Shown in pieces: positions 9,943-19,174 of a stretch of 64,000 bases of DNA (its first letter is position 1; each line of letters starts with the position of its first letter). The translations under genes and the position numbers were made by a program. The stretch lies in IMG/VR virus record IMGVR_UViG_3300020577_008970; one strand, 5' to 3'. Origin of the DNA: an uncultured virus (IMG/VR IMGVR_UViG_3300020577_008970). Its lineage: Duplodnaviria > Heunggongvirae > Uroviricota > Caudoviricetes. The notes below the pieces were generated by a model that saw only the letters and a program-made list of their open reading frames with translations, was not told the DNA's origin and made no database searches.

Positions 9943-10189
9943 TGGACACGCCCGGCACTGCCCCGGGGTCCGATCTGTATTCTCTAAGTGTTCATCCACA
10001 TGTTTGGCACATTTTCGTGCTATGTTACTACTCTAAGAAAGCTAAGTTACTTTTGACGTTTCGAACTATGCTGCTAAACTAACGAGATTATCATTGGCTG
10101 TTATTGGATTAATCGAATTTTTACGATGGTTTGATCAACATCGACATGCACACTTAAACTCTACATACCGTCGATTCTAGTTCGTGCCC
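9943..10189 (-). ncRNA. ssrA: tmRNA, one-piece, 247 nt; tag peptide ANDNLVSLAA
   Basis: 5' GGGCACGAACTAGAATCGAC pairs with 3' CGTGTCC-A giving the G3-U70 alanine determinant; T-arm CCCGG-GGCAGTG-CCGGG; tag frame GCC AAT GAT AAT CTC GTT AGT TTA GCA GCA TAG at 10098-10066. Confidence 0.93.
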
Positions 10190-10235
10190 TAATGCTATTA
10201 ACTAATATCAAACTTAGCTAAAGTGTACATCATTT

Positions 10236-11159
10236 TCACATTTCATACAACGTTGCTTGGATATTCACAGCTGTCGTTGATGAGCTATACGCTTGGAACC
10301 AATAGAATGCCGGCCCTTGTACAACATACTCATTCGGCATAATTTGATATGTTTGTGCCGAAACTACGCCGACCTTGAAATAGCAATGTTCTGCATATCG
10401 ATCCATATAGTAAGGCGCTGCATTTGCGGATGTTATGTACGTTCTGCCGTCTGTAGGTAGTGCTGCCGAGAACATCGCAATGTCAGCTGAGTTACCCACT
10501 CCAGGCGTAACAGCTAGATTTGTAAGAATCGCCACTTTGTTTCTTGCGACGTAATGCAATCCGTAGGCTTCTGACCAGTAGGATGAATTCGTTAATGCAA
10601 GTAATGTTACGTTATCAGGCGAGGTCTTGAGTGACACTGTACCGGCAATGACAGACGTCCCGCTATCATATGTTTGGTATCCGTCGAGGTATCGAATGTT
10701 TGTGGCGGTCGTTAGGACGGGGGTCGTACCGTTCATGGTCAAGATTTCAACCTGACGATCGAGATTCGCGTCAAGATAAGTTATCTTAAGCTTTCTAAGA
10801 CCAGTGCCACCAGCAGTATCGTTAGCATTATTCGATACGATCTGAAGTCTTGTTCCATTCGATGCTGTAATTTGTGTAAGTGTTGGTGAACCATTTGGAA
10901 TGTTCCAGACGTTTGCTGTACCTTGTGCACAGACCATATAAAGCTGTCGCATATGTGAACCAGAAATGGTCCCCTTGGCAATAGCAACCTTCTGGTCCAA
11001 TGTGAGCAATTCACGTTGTGCTGATGTTTGAAAGAACTGCGCTTTACCCGTAGAATCTAATCCAACAACAACTTGCCCGATGCTGCCAGACACGGTCGAT
11101 CCGGCTGCCTTGTGGACAGGATTACCATTCTGATCGTAAAGAATTTGTGTAATGCTCAT
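10236..11159 (-). CDS. Putative virion protein, paralog 1 of 5
   Basis: Shared core QITASNGTRLQIVS.NAND...GTTPVLTTATNIRY; Thr/Ser/Gly-rich. Confidence 0.8.
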   Translation of the reverse strand: MSITQILYDQNGNPVHKAAGSTVSGSIGQVVVGLDSTGKAQFFQTSAQRELLTLDQKVAIAKGTISGSHMRQLYMVCAQGTANVWNIPNGSPTLTQITASNGTRLQIVSNNANDTAGGTGLRKLKITYLDANLDRQVEILTMNGTTPVLTTATNIRYLDGYQTYDSGTSVIAGTVSLKTSPDNVTLLALTNSSYWSEAYGLHYVARNKVAILTNLAVTPGVGNSADIAMFSAALPTDGRTYITSANAAPYYMDRYAEHCYFKVGVVSAQTYQIMPNEYVVQGPAFYWFQAYSSSTTAVNIQATLYEM

Positions 11160-11165
11160 GGTGAA

Positions 11166-11172
11166 TAACTAT
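11166..11172 (-). promoter_or_regulatory. Putative late-promoter box ATAGTTA, 6 nt before ATG (one of many copies)
   Basis: ATA(A/T/G)TTA recurs 5-6 nt before starts at 12114, 13053, 14010, 14987, 17495, 29792(+), 48744, 49051, 59165, 61033. Confidence 0.75.
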
Positions 11173-11177
11173 CCTAT

Positions 11178-12107
11178 TCAGCGTTCGTATATCGAGTAGG
11201 TAATATACGAATTGCCTGTTGTTTGATTGTATGGTTTGAACTGGAATGCTGCCGGACCTACGACGATATATTCACCCTTCGAAGCTGCATCAGTTCTATT
11301 TGCAACAGACGCATGAATCGTGTATAGTGTAGGGGTATACTGATATGTAAAGGGAAGCTGATTGTTAGAAGTTATAAAGGTTCTTCCGTCAGTTGGCAAT
11401 CCACATTGTTCAAGAAGAATGTGTCCGTTATTCCCAAGATCGCGTGTTACGTGGATATCTGTTATGATTGCAACTTTATTTCTTGGAACATAATGCATGC
11501 ACCATGGATCAGAGCGGTTAGCTGACGAGTTTAATGTCAAAAGTGTTACGTTATCTGGTGAAGTTTTGAGTGTCACTGTCCCGGCGACAGCATTGCCGGT
11601 TCCAATTTCAGAAATTTCATAATGATCAAAATATCGAATATTCGTAGCTGTTGTTAGAACCGGAGTGGTACCATTCAAATTCAACGTTTCGATTTGGCGA
11701 TCTAGATTTGCATCAAGATATACGATCTTTAGCTTTCGCATTCCTGTTCCAGCGACAGTATCATTGGCATTATTCGATACGACCTGAAGCCTGGTACCGT
11801 TTGATGCAGTAATTTGTGTTAGTGAAGGAGCATTATTCCCGGTAAAGAATACCCACCCGCTAGTATTCGGTGATACTGCATATTGCTTTTTGTAAAATGT
11901 TCCTGATATCGTGTTATACGATGCATTTAGTTTCGTGTCGAGTGTAACAATCTCACCTTGCGGTGTCGAAGCAATATATTGTGTCGTTCCTGCTGGTCCA
12001 ACACCTGCAATAACCTGCCCAACGCTCCCTGTTGGAAATGATCCAGAAGCTTGATGAACTAATTGACCCTGCGTGTTAAACGTTACTTGGACAGGACTGC
12101 TTATCAT
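11178..12107 (-). CDS. Putative virion protein, paralog 2 of 5
   Basis: Same conserved blocks. Confidence 0.8.
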   Translation of the reverse strand: MISSPVQVTFNTQGQLVHQASGSFPTGSVGQVIAGVGPAGTTQYIASTPQGEIVTLDTKLNASYNTISGTFYKKQYAVSPNTSGWVFFTGNNAPSLTQITASNGTRLQVVSNNANDTVAGTGMRKLKIVYLDANLDRQIETLNLNGTTPVLTTATNIRYFDHYEISEIGTGNAVAGTVTLKTSPDNVTLLTLNSSANRSDPWCMHYVPRNKVAIITDIHVTRDLGNNGHILLEQCGLPTDGRTFITSNNQLPFTYQYTPTLYTIHASVANRTDAASKGEYIVVGPAAFQFKPYNQTTGNSYITYSIYER

Positions 12108-12128
12108 GTCAAGTAAATATAAATTCGA

Positions 12129-13046
12129 TTAGCGTTCGTACTTATTATATGTCATATACACGCCCGTTGTGGCGGCAGTTGTGGCTGCAGCTGCATAGAT
12201 GGCCGGCCCCTGAATAACGTACATCGCATTGTCGGCAGGTTTTTGAATTCCTGTCGTTGCGGTACCAGCATAGCTTTGTAAGTGTCTGATAAATGATAAA
12301 TGATAAGGCCAAGTATTCGTTGATGTTACGAATGTTCGGCCATCAGTCGGTAACTTGGACGAAACTAGCATATAACTCATATACGTGATACCGTCTGGAC
12401 GGGCACCTACATTCGTAATGACTGCAGTCTTATTTCTTGGAACGAAATGCGTTCCGTGTGTAGAAACATCGAATGACGTACTATTCAACGTCAAAAGTGT
12501 TACGTTATCTGGATATGTCTTAAGTGTTACTGTACCTGCTGTGGCTCCACCTCTGTCAGTTGTCTGCCACTCATCGATATATCGAATATTTGTAGCTGTC
12601 GTCAAAACGGGTGTCGTTCCATTCAATGACAATGTTTCCGTTTGGCGATCAAGGTTCGAATCAAGATACGAAATTGTCAATTTTCGCAAACCAGAACCAG
12701 CGACAGTATCGTTGGCATTCGTCGATACGATCTGAAGTCTCGTTCCATTTGAAGCCGTGATTTGTGTCAATGTCGACCCGCCACGAAGAACTGTCTGCGT
12801 GTTGAGCGTAACAGATGCATCATATGCCAAGATATTCTTAAACGACGACGATACGACCGTGTTATAAAGATTCTTTTGATCTAATACCACAACTTCAGCT
12901 TGCGGCGTCATTTGCACGTAACGAACTTTTCCAAGTTCATCTAAGCCAGCAATGACCTGCCCAATACTTCCAGTCGGTAAAGACCCTGAAGCTTGATGAA
13001 TTGGTTTCGAAGTAATATCGAAAAGAGTTTTTACGTGACTATCCAT
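12129..13046 (-). CDS. Putative virion protein, paralog 3 of 5
   Basis: Same conserved blocks. Confidence 0.8.
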   Translation of the reverse strand: MDSHVKTLFDITSKPIHQASGSLPTGSIGQVIAGLDELGKVRYVQMTPQAEVVVLDQKNLYNTVVSSSFKNILAYDASVTLNTQTVLRGGSTLTQITASNGTRLQIVSTNANDTVAGSGLRKLTISYLDSNLDRQTETLSLNGTTPVLTTATNIRYIDEWQTTDRGGATAGTVTLKTYPDNVTLLTLNSTSFDVSTHGTHFVPRNKTAVITNVGARPDGITYMSYMLVSSKLPTDGRTFVTSTNTWPYHLSFIRHLQSYAGTATTGIQKPADNAMYVIQGPAIYAAAATTAATTGVYMTYNKYER

Positions 13047-13074
13047 AGCACTTAAATATCACAATTTCACATGA

Positions 13075-14004
13075 TTATTGTTCATATATCGAATATCCTA
13101 GCAATCCTGCTGAAGTATCGCTAGTGTATCCCTGGAAGTAGAACATCGCAGGACCTTGCACTACATACTGGGCATTGTCTGAATATTCGTTATCTGATGA
13201 GTTCTGGGCTCTGGCTCTGAATATGTGATATGTGATTTCACCAGAACCAGCATTTGCCGATGAGATTGTATTTCTGCCGTCCGTGTATAACTTCCACGAA
13301 TTCATTAATACAAAACCGCTTGAACCCATCGCATAATTTAGCTGGATATCCGTAATGACAGCTGTCTTATTTCGTGGGACGAAGTGGCCGCTCCATGGAT
13401 CCTGTACAAGTGTGGACGCATTTGATATCGTAAATAATGTTACATTGTCTGGGGATGTTTTCAACGTTACAGTCCCGCCCAAAACACCGCCGCGGTCAGT
13501 GATATCATAATGATCAAGATATCGAATATTCGTTTTAGTAGTCAGAACGGGTGTTGTGCCATTTAGCGTAAGCTCTTCAGAGTATCTGTCCAAATTCGCA
13601 TCTAGATACGATATTAGAATTTTTCTAATTCCTGTCCCTGCTGCAGTATCATTTGCATTATTCGATACGATCTGAAGTCTTGTTCCATTCGAAGCTGTAA
13701 TTTGTGATGAATACACGAAATCAGGTCCTAATCCCCTAAAGTTATGATATGTGTTCGCAGTACCCGTTCCGTCATATTCAAATTGTCTTCTGAAATATGA
13801 TCCCGACACTGTTCCCATCGCAATGGCTAACTTTTGATCTAATGTGATCGTATATCCTTGCTGCGTGGTTGAAAGATAACGAACTTTGCCCAATTCGTCC
13901 AGTCCTGCTGCAACGAGTCCTACACTTCCTGTCGGAAATGATCCGGATGCCTGATGAACTGTCTGGCTTTGTATGTTGAACGTTACTTGTGCAGGATTAC
14001 TCAT
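13075..14004 (-). CDS. Putative virion protein, paralog 4 of 5
   Basis: Same conserved blocks. Confidence 0.8.
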   Translation of the reverse strand: MSNPAQVTFNIQSQTVHQASGSFPTGSVGLVAAGLDELGKVRYLSTTQQGYTITLDQKLAIAMGTVSGSYFRRQFEYDGTGTANTYHNFRGLGPDFVYSSQITASNGTRLQIVSNNANDTAAGTGIRKILISYLDANLDRYSEELTLNGTTPVLTTKTNIRYLDHYDITDRGGVLGGTVTLKTSPDNVTLFTISNASTLVQDPWSGHFVPRNKTAVITDIQLNYAMGSSGFVLMNSWKLYTDGRNTISSANAGSGEITYHIFRARAQNSSDNEYSDNAQYVVQGPAMFYFQGYTSDTSAGLLGYSIYEQ

Positions 14005-14056
14005 GTATCTAATTATTGCATATGAATAAGCTTACACAATCGTGTGCGAAATTTCG

Positions 14057-14980
14057 TTATTGCTCGTAGACTGTGTAATAATATGAAGGAACAGTTGCTA
14101 CGCCATTGTAGTATTCCATCCAATATACAGCTGGACCTGGGATGACGATTCTCATTTGGTCAGAATATTTGTTGACATATGATGTTGATTCACCAAATGT
14201 ACCATAATGCAGTGTTTTTGTTGAATATGGGGCGATATTCGTTGATGGGATGAATGTTCTACCATCTGTTGGCAGAGGTGCTGAATAAATGATGTAGTAC
14301 CCAGAATTATTTGAACTTCCAGCGTAGATCGACAAATCATCAAATATCGCAGTTTTGTTTCTTGGAACAAAATGGACGCCGCCAGTATCCATCACACCTA
14401 ACGATGAAGCGATTGTAACATTGTCTGGAGATGTCTTCAGTGAAACAGTCCCCGCTGCGGCGCTCACATTCACGGCGAAACTAACTTCCTTGTATCCGTC
14501 GAGATAGCGAATATTCGTAGCTGTTGTAAGAACCGGTGTTGTTCCATTCAGAGTCAATATCTCTGTTTGTCGATCAAGGTTGGCATCGATATACCAAAGC
14601 TGAACTTGTCTAAGCCCAGAACCGGCAGCAGCATCATTCGCTGAGGTCGATACAATTTGAAGTCGTGTACCATTCGACGCAGTAATTTGATTATGACCAG
14701 GATTTCCAGTAAACTGATTCCACTGATTGATTGTTGTTGTGGTGCTATACGCGTACTGGCGTTTGAAGTACGAACCAGAGATATTCCCTTGTGCAATGGC
14801 AATTTTCGGTTCAACTAGAACAACTTCTCTCTGCTGCGAAACAGTAAGGTACCTGACTTTACCTTGTTCGTCTGTACCTGCAAGTACTTGACCTACGCTT
14901 CCTGTCGGAAATGATCCGGATGCCAAATGGATTGGATGTTTTGTGGAATCGAAAAGTATCTTCGCTAGTTCGCTACTCAT
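14057..14980 (-). CDS. Putative virion protein, paralog 5 of 5
   Basis: Same conserved blocks. Confidence 0.8.
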   Translation of the reverse strand: MSSELAKILFDSTKHPIHLASGSFPTGSVGQVLAGTDEQGKVRYLTVSQQREVVLVEPKIAIAQGNISGSYFKRQYAYSTTTTINQWNQFTGNPGHNQITASNGTRLQIVSTSANDAAAGSGLRQVQLWYIDANLDRQTEILTLNGTTPVLTTATNIRYLDGYKEVSFAVNVSAAAGTVSLKTSPDNVTIASSLGVMDTGGVHFVPRNKTAIFDDLSIYAGSSNNSGYYIIYSAPLPTDGRTFIPSTNIAPYSTKTLHYGTFGESTSYVNKYSDQMRIVIPGPAVYWMEYYNGVATVPSYYYTVYEQ

Positions 14981-15036
14981 ACATAGTAACTATGCATTTT
15001 CGTTTCTAGTTTCGAAGATTAATCAGGAATTTCGGA

Positions 15037-16206
15037 TCAAACGTCGCAAGAAGTGCAATAGAATGTGACCGTGGCAGTTTCACCACCGAGTGGTCGATCG
15101 TGGCTTGTTTTGACGCGAAGTTCGAGACCAAGCGCAGAATTTAGATCACGAATCGTTGCGTATCTAAACTGAATCGATTGCAGCTGTGTCTTGGTACCGC
15201 GATTCGTCGATCTAAATGTGTCCATGTTTGCACCGGACATATCAGACCCGCCATTCCCCAAAGCAGGAACAACGACATGAGCGCCATATGATTCTTGAAG
15301 AATATTTGAGACTCTCTTGTACTTTGTTGTCGATACACATGTATCACTTGCATAGACCTTATATTCAAGTCCATCAGACATTGTGATGTCATGCGAGATA
15401 TCTGCAATTGCTGCTTCGACCTGAAGTCGTTTACCAGCTTGTGGCTTGAGATAGAATGTCGAAGTTGTCGCATACGAATATCGTGCACGAACAATGTAAG
15501 ATGAATTGACCGGACTGAAGAACGTTACGGTTCCTGCCTTGAAGTCGACAGTGTAATCTCCGCCCGACGATTCGAACGGTTCTCGCATTGTCTTTGTAAT
15601 ACCATCGACAGTCACAATGACTTGATACCCATGTTGACCACCGCCAACAACAGCTCGTTGCTCATCTGCAATCCCATCATCATCTTGAATTCGACCCGAT
15701 ACCATGTCAATCCAATAGTCGTTTGCAGACATAAAGGTTAGACCATCGCCGGAATCGACGAGAACTTCGTCTGTAACACGTTCACTGTCTCCATACCATG
15801 TGCATGGATCGCAGAAGTTGTGTGTTGTATAAATTACTTCGCTACCAGCTCGTGGTGAGGAAATAACGACTGGACGCTTATTGGCATCAAGTGGAACAAT
15901 TGGCTTATTGAATTCTGATGCAAGAGCCAAGAACTCTACTTTGTCAGCATCATTCTGGATCTGTGTATATAGACCCGTATTGAGCCACATATCTGGAACT
16001 GATTGCTTCGAGATTGTACAAGTATATGCCTCTGGCCCATCATATCCCCACAACACGTAGAACGTGTTGTCTTCACTGTATTGTGGTGCAAAGTTTTTCG
16101 CTGCCCACAGTGCTTTCCACTCTGTCCAAAAAACGTTCTGTGCCTTGCAAGATGACGGCATATTTGTCATCGGAGGCATCAATGTAGGAATTCCCATCGG
16201 TAGCAT
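15037..16206 (-). CDS. Putative virion protein, paralog of 54179..55309
   Basis: Shared WGYDGPE, HN(F/W)CDP.TWY, GGDYTVD and T.TFYC. Confidence 0.75.
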   Translation of the reverse strand: MLPMGIPTLMPPMTNMPSSCKAQNVFWTEWKALWAAKNFAPQYSEDNTFYVLWGYDGPEAYTCTISKQSVPDMWLNTGLYTQIQNDADKVEFLALASEFNKPIVPLDANKRPVVISSPRAGSEVIYTTHNFCDPCTWYGDSERVTDEVLVDSGDGLTFMSANDYWIDMVSGRIQDDDGIADEQRAVVGGGQHGYQVIVTVDGITKTMREPFESSGGDYTVDFKAGTVTFFSPVNSSYIVRARYSYATTSTFYLKPQAGKRLQVEAAIADISHDITMSDGLEYKVYASDTCVSTTKYKRVSNILQESYGAHVVVPALGNGGSDMSGANMDTFRSTNRGTKTQLQSIQFRYATIRDLNSALGLELRVKTSHDRPLGGETATVTFYCTSCDV

Positions 16207-16231
16207 TTCAAAAACCTTTCATCAACTGTCT

Positions 16232-16561
16232 TTAAGTAATTACTCTTGTGCGTGTTGTTTCAAATAATCCAGAATATGTCACAGTATCGGTAACTGTCGC
16301 GATAACAGTCGTTCCGTCTGTTGAATATACTTTCCACTCCAAAGTGCTAGGATTATAATCTACGTTGTATGTGATTGTTTTCTCGACAATCTTCGCGGTT
16401 CTTGCACTAGAAGTATACCAAATGATCGAAGTTGGAAATCCAGAACCGCTAATATCTCTTACAGCGCCAGAAAAACCTTCGTATGGACCATCTTCATCGG
16501 CAAGGTGAATAAGCTGGCGAAGAGTTTGATGGCCATATATGTCTAACCAATTACTTGTCAT
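16232..16561 (-). CDS. Small virion-associated protein, paralog of 16558..16941 and 58458..58919
   Basis: GP(Y/F)E.F, WYT, KIVEKTIT and T.TY.G.FET.RTR motifs. Confidence 0.75.
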   Translation of the reverse strand: MTSNWLDIYGHQTLRQLIHLADEDGPYEGFSGAVRDISGSGFPTSIIWYTSSARTAKIVEKTITYNVDYNPSTLEWKVYSTDGTTVIATVTDTVTYSGLFETTRTRVIT

Positions 16562-16941
16562 GTGATTATCCTCGTTCGAGATGTTTCAAAAACACCATCA
16601 TATGTAATCGTATCTGTCGCAGTTGCTAAAATTGTTGCACCATCGACGTCGTAAACTTTCCACTGCACCGCAGTCGGAATCTGATATACATCTCGCGTGA
16701 TCGTCTTTTCTACGACTTTCTTTGTACGTGACGAATCTGTATACCACGTCTGATACGTTGGGAACGCTACAGGCTCAGTATCACGAACAGAATTGTTGAT
16801 CCCTTCGAAAGGTCCGCCCTCATTAACGAAGTGCACTAACTGCGTTAATATCTCATGCCAAGTTTCATCTAATCTGAAAAGCCAATCATTATAGTTTTCA
16901 GAATTCAGTACTTGATCTTGCCAGACATATTGTCGTCCCAC
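16558..16941 (-). CDS. Small virion-associated protein (same family)
   Basis: GPFEG, TWYTD, KVVEKTIT, TITYDGVFETSRTR. Confidence 0.75.
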   Translation of the reverse strand: MGRQYVWQDQVLNSENYNDWLFRLDETWHEILTQLVHFVNEGGPFEGINNSVRDTEPVAFPTYQTWYTDSSRTKKVVEKTITRDVYQIPTAVQWKVYDVDGATILATATDTITYDGVFETSRTRIIT

Positions 16942-16979
16942 AGCTTGACCTCACAATCTACAACATTAAATAGAAAATG

Positions 16980-17489
16980 CTACTTCTTTTGACTTCTATT
17001 TTTGTCATTTTCGATAAGATTTTCAGACGATTTCTTATATTCTTCTAGAGGATTGCCTGGAGCTGTACCGACCGGTCTCTTCTTCAAATCCTTGATGGGA
17101 TCTTTCTCAAATTCTTTCTGGGCTTCTGCTAAACCGCGCTCTTTATCATACACATTCTTAACTTGACCTACGAAATGCCGAGCAGCATTGAACGCACCAA
17201 CTGCTTGAAGTCGCTTGGCTTCTGTTTCAAGGAAAAGCTGATTTAGTGTCTCAACACAACGTGTGATATAGACGGTGCCAATTTCAGCTTCTTTGATTGT
17301 GATCTTAGAATCATCAAGATCCTTTTTGACAGCTGTGCGATATCCTTCAAGCTTCTTCATACAAGCCATAACAGACATCTTAGCGGTATCTAGATCACGA
17401 GCTTCTTTCTCATATGTTTCAAGAATTGTTTCGATACTTGCACCAAGCTCAAATACACCACGAGCTCGACCGTCTTGATATTCACTCAT
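16980..17489 (-). CDS. Coiled-coil protein, paralog of 24447..25007
   Basis: Aligned segments KLEGY..KITIKEA..CV vs KLETY..KITFTES..CI. Confidence 0.65.
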   Translation of the reverse strand: MSEYQDGRARGVFELGASIETILETYEKEARDLDTAKMSVMACMKKLEGYRTAVKKDLDDSKITIKEAEIGTVYITRCVETLNQLFLETEAKRLQAVGAFNAARHFVGQVKNVYDKERGLAEAQKEFEKDPIKDLKKRPVGTAPGNPLEEYKKSSENLIENDKNRSQKK

Positions 17490-17529
17490 ATCGTTAACTA
17501 TCGAGCTCGTTATGTAACTAATTTATGTT

Positions 17530-19095
17530 TTAGAAGATTTCCATTGCGATCTGCGAACCGGATCGTACGTTGAATGGGAATTTGATATCACCAGAAGTCG
17601 ATGTGGTACCTGGATAAACATCATTTGGTGCACCAGAATTAGCACCTGGGAGCATCAAAACACCATTTAGATAGATGTTAACACTGCCTGAGAAATTCTT
17701 GAGTGAATAATCTCCAAGAGTTGCGTCCAAATTCGTTGGGAATGTAATGTTGGTATTCGCGGTAACATTTGCTGTAACACCAGCATTGTATCGTGTTCTC
17801 TGCTTAGCATTGAGTGTCAATAGCGAAGCTGATATCTGATTGAATGCATTTAGAACAGAAGATGTTCCATAATCGCTAAAGAATGTATTCCATTCTGCAC
17901 CAGACGATGCGAAAGGAACTTTTCCGCCAGTGTATGTCGATGTCGGACCGTATGCATCGCTAAACTGCAATAGAGCGCCTCCTGAGAGGACCATATTGTT
18001 CGATGCAAGAGTTGCGATCGTTCCAGCAGCAACACCAAGATTGATCGTTGTACTGCCTGTTGCAACTGACATACCAGCGCTGAAGGTCGATGTATTGGTC
18101 GAATAGAAGCTAAGATCATTTACAGTCGTTGCAAGTGAATTGCCGGCATTATTCGACGAAACCTTCCAAACATCGCTTGAGGCCGATGCGAAAGTCCATG
18201 AATATCCACTATCAATCGATACCGTAATGTTCTGCTGTTGTGTAGCTGCACCAGACTGCTGATCGATTGCACGATTGAGTGTGATATCGGATAGAAGTGC
18301 AGCGTTCGTTACAACAAGCGGATCCATAAAGATTGTATCGCTCATGTAAGCATCTTCTGGAATGTCGAGAAGATCTACTCGCTTAACATATGTGTAATTG
18401 ATTGTACGACCACCGATGACAGATGCATCAGCCGGGGTAAGTGTAAGAGCTGGATTTTCAACAACGAACGAGATTTGTGCTTGGTGGTTGGTATCGTTGA
18501 ATGAGTCGCCAGTGGCCGTTCCAGACTCGACCTGGATAAGACCGTAAATTTCTCTATCGCTGATGCTTGGATCGGTGATGGGTGCCAATGTATTTGCATC
18601 ACGAATCACTACGATATTCTTTGCATTGATGACTGTTGATCCGGACACCAATGACATTGCGTGAGTTCCAAACGTGCCCTCGTGCAAAGCAACAACGGAT
18701 CCCGTAACGGTCGTTGAACCGACCGCCATTGGACTGGTTGGAGTCTGACCTAATGAAGAAGTTAGAATTACGACGTTCGAACCGGTCGGAATCGAAACAG
18801 TCGAAACATTCTGCGCTCTGTAAAGAAAATTCTTTCGCTCTAATGTTGTAAGCGATGAGTTAAGAGCATTAATACCACGAGCAGCACCGCCCGAAGGAAT
18901 CGAAATTCCATCATACCATGAACCCGATACGTCGCTTGCCCATAATGCTTGACGAACCTGCGTTCTAAGAGCGTTGAGGTCGTCTTCAAGGGTCATTGAT
19001 CCCGACACAAGGCTTATGCCCGATGGCGATACCCAATCATTATAGACCTCGGATGCAAATATTTGTCCATACTGAGAAATGAATGTGCGTGACAT
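17530..19095 (-). CDS. Putative virion structural protein, paralog of 61437..63011
   Basis: Shared MSRTFI, LEDDLNALRTQ, REIYGLIQV, AQISFV, DITL, GD.KF. Confidence 0.8.
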   Translation of the reverse strand: MSRTFISQYGQIFASEVYNDWVSPSGISLVSGSMTLEDDLNALRTQVRQALWASDVSGSWYDGISIPSGGAARGINALNSSLTTLERKNFLYRAQNVSTVSIPTGSNVVILTSSLGQTPTSPMAVGSTTVTGSVVALHEGTFGTHAMSLVSGSTVINAKNIVVIRDANTLAPITDPSISDREIYGLIQVESGTATGDSFNDTNHQAQISFVVENPALTLTPADASVIGGRTINYTYVKRVDLLDIPEDAYMSDTIFMDPLVVTNAALLSDITLNRAIDQQSGAATQQQNITVSIDSGYSWTFASASSDVWKVSSNNAGNSLATTVNDLSFYSTNTSTFSAGMSVATGSTTINLGVAAGTIATLASNNMVLSGGALLQFSDAYGPTSTYTGGKVPFASSGAEWNTFFSDYGTSSVLNAFNQISASLLTLNAKQRTRYNAGVTANVTANTNITFPTNLDATLGDYSLKNFSGSVNIYLNGVLMLPGANSGAPNDVYPGTTSTSGDIKFPFNVRSGSQIAMEIF

Positions 19096-19174
19096 CTGAC
19101 AAACCTTTCAGTTCAAACATTTCTAAATATGCACTTTTCGATTTGAAAAGCAGAAATAATACATTATTTTCCAT

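Noticed and set aside
10236..14980. Diversity-generating retroelement or shufflon behind the array
   Set aside because: No reverse transcriptase, adenine-specific template/variable pair, invertase or inverted cassettes in the window
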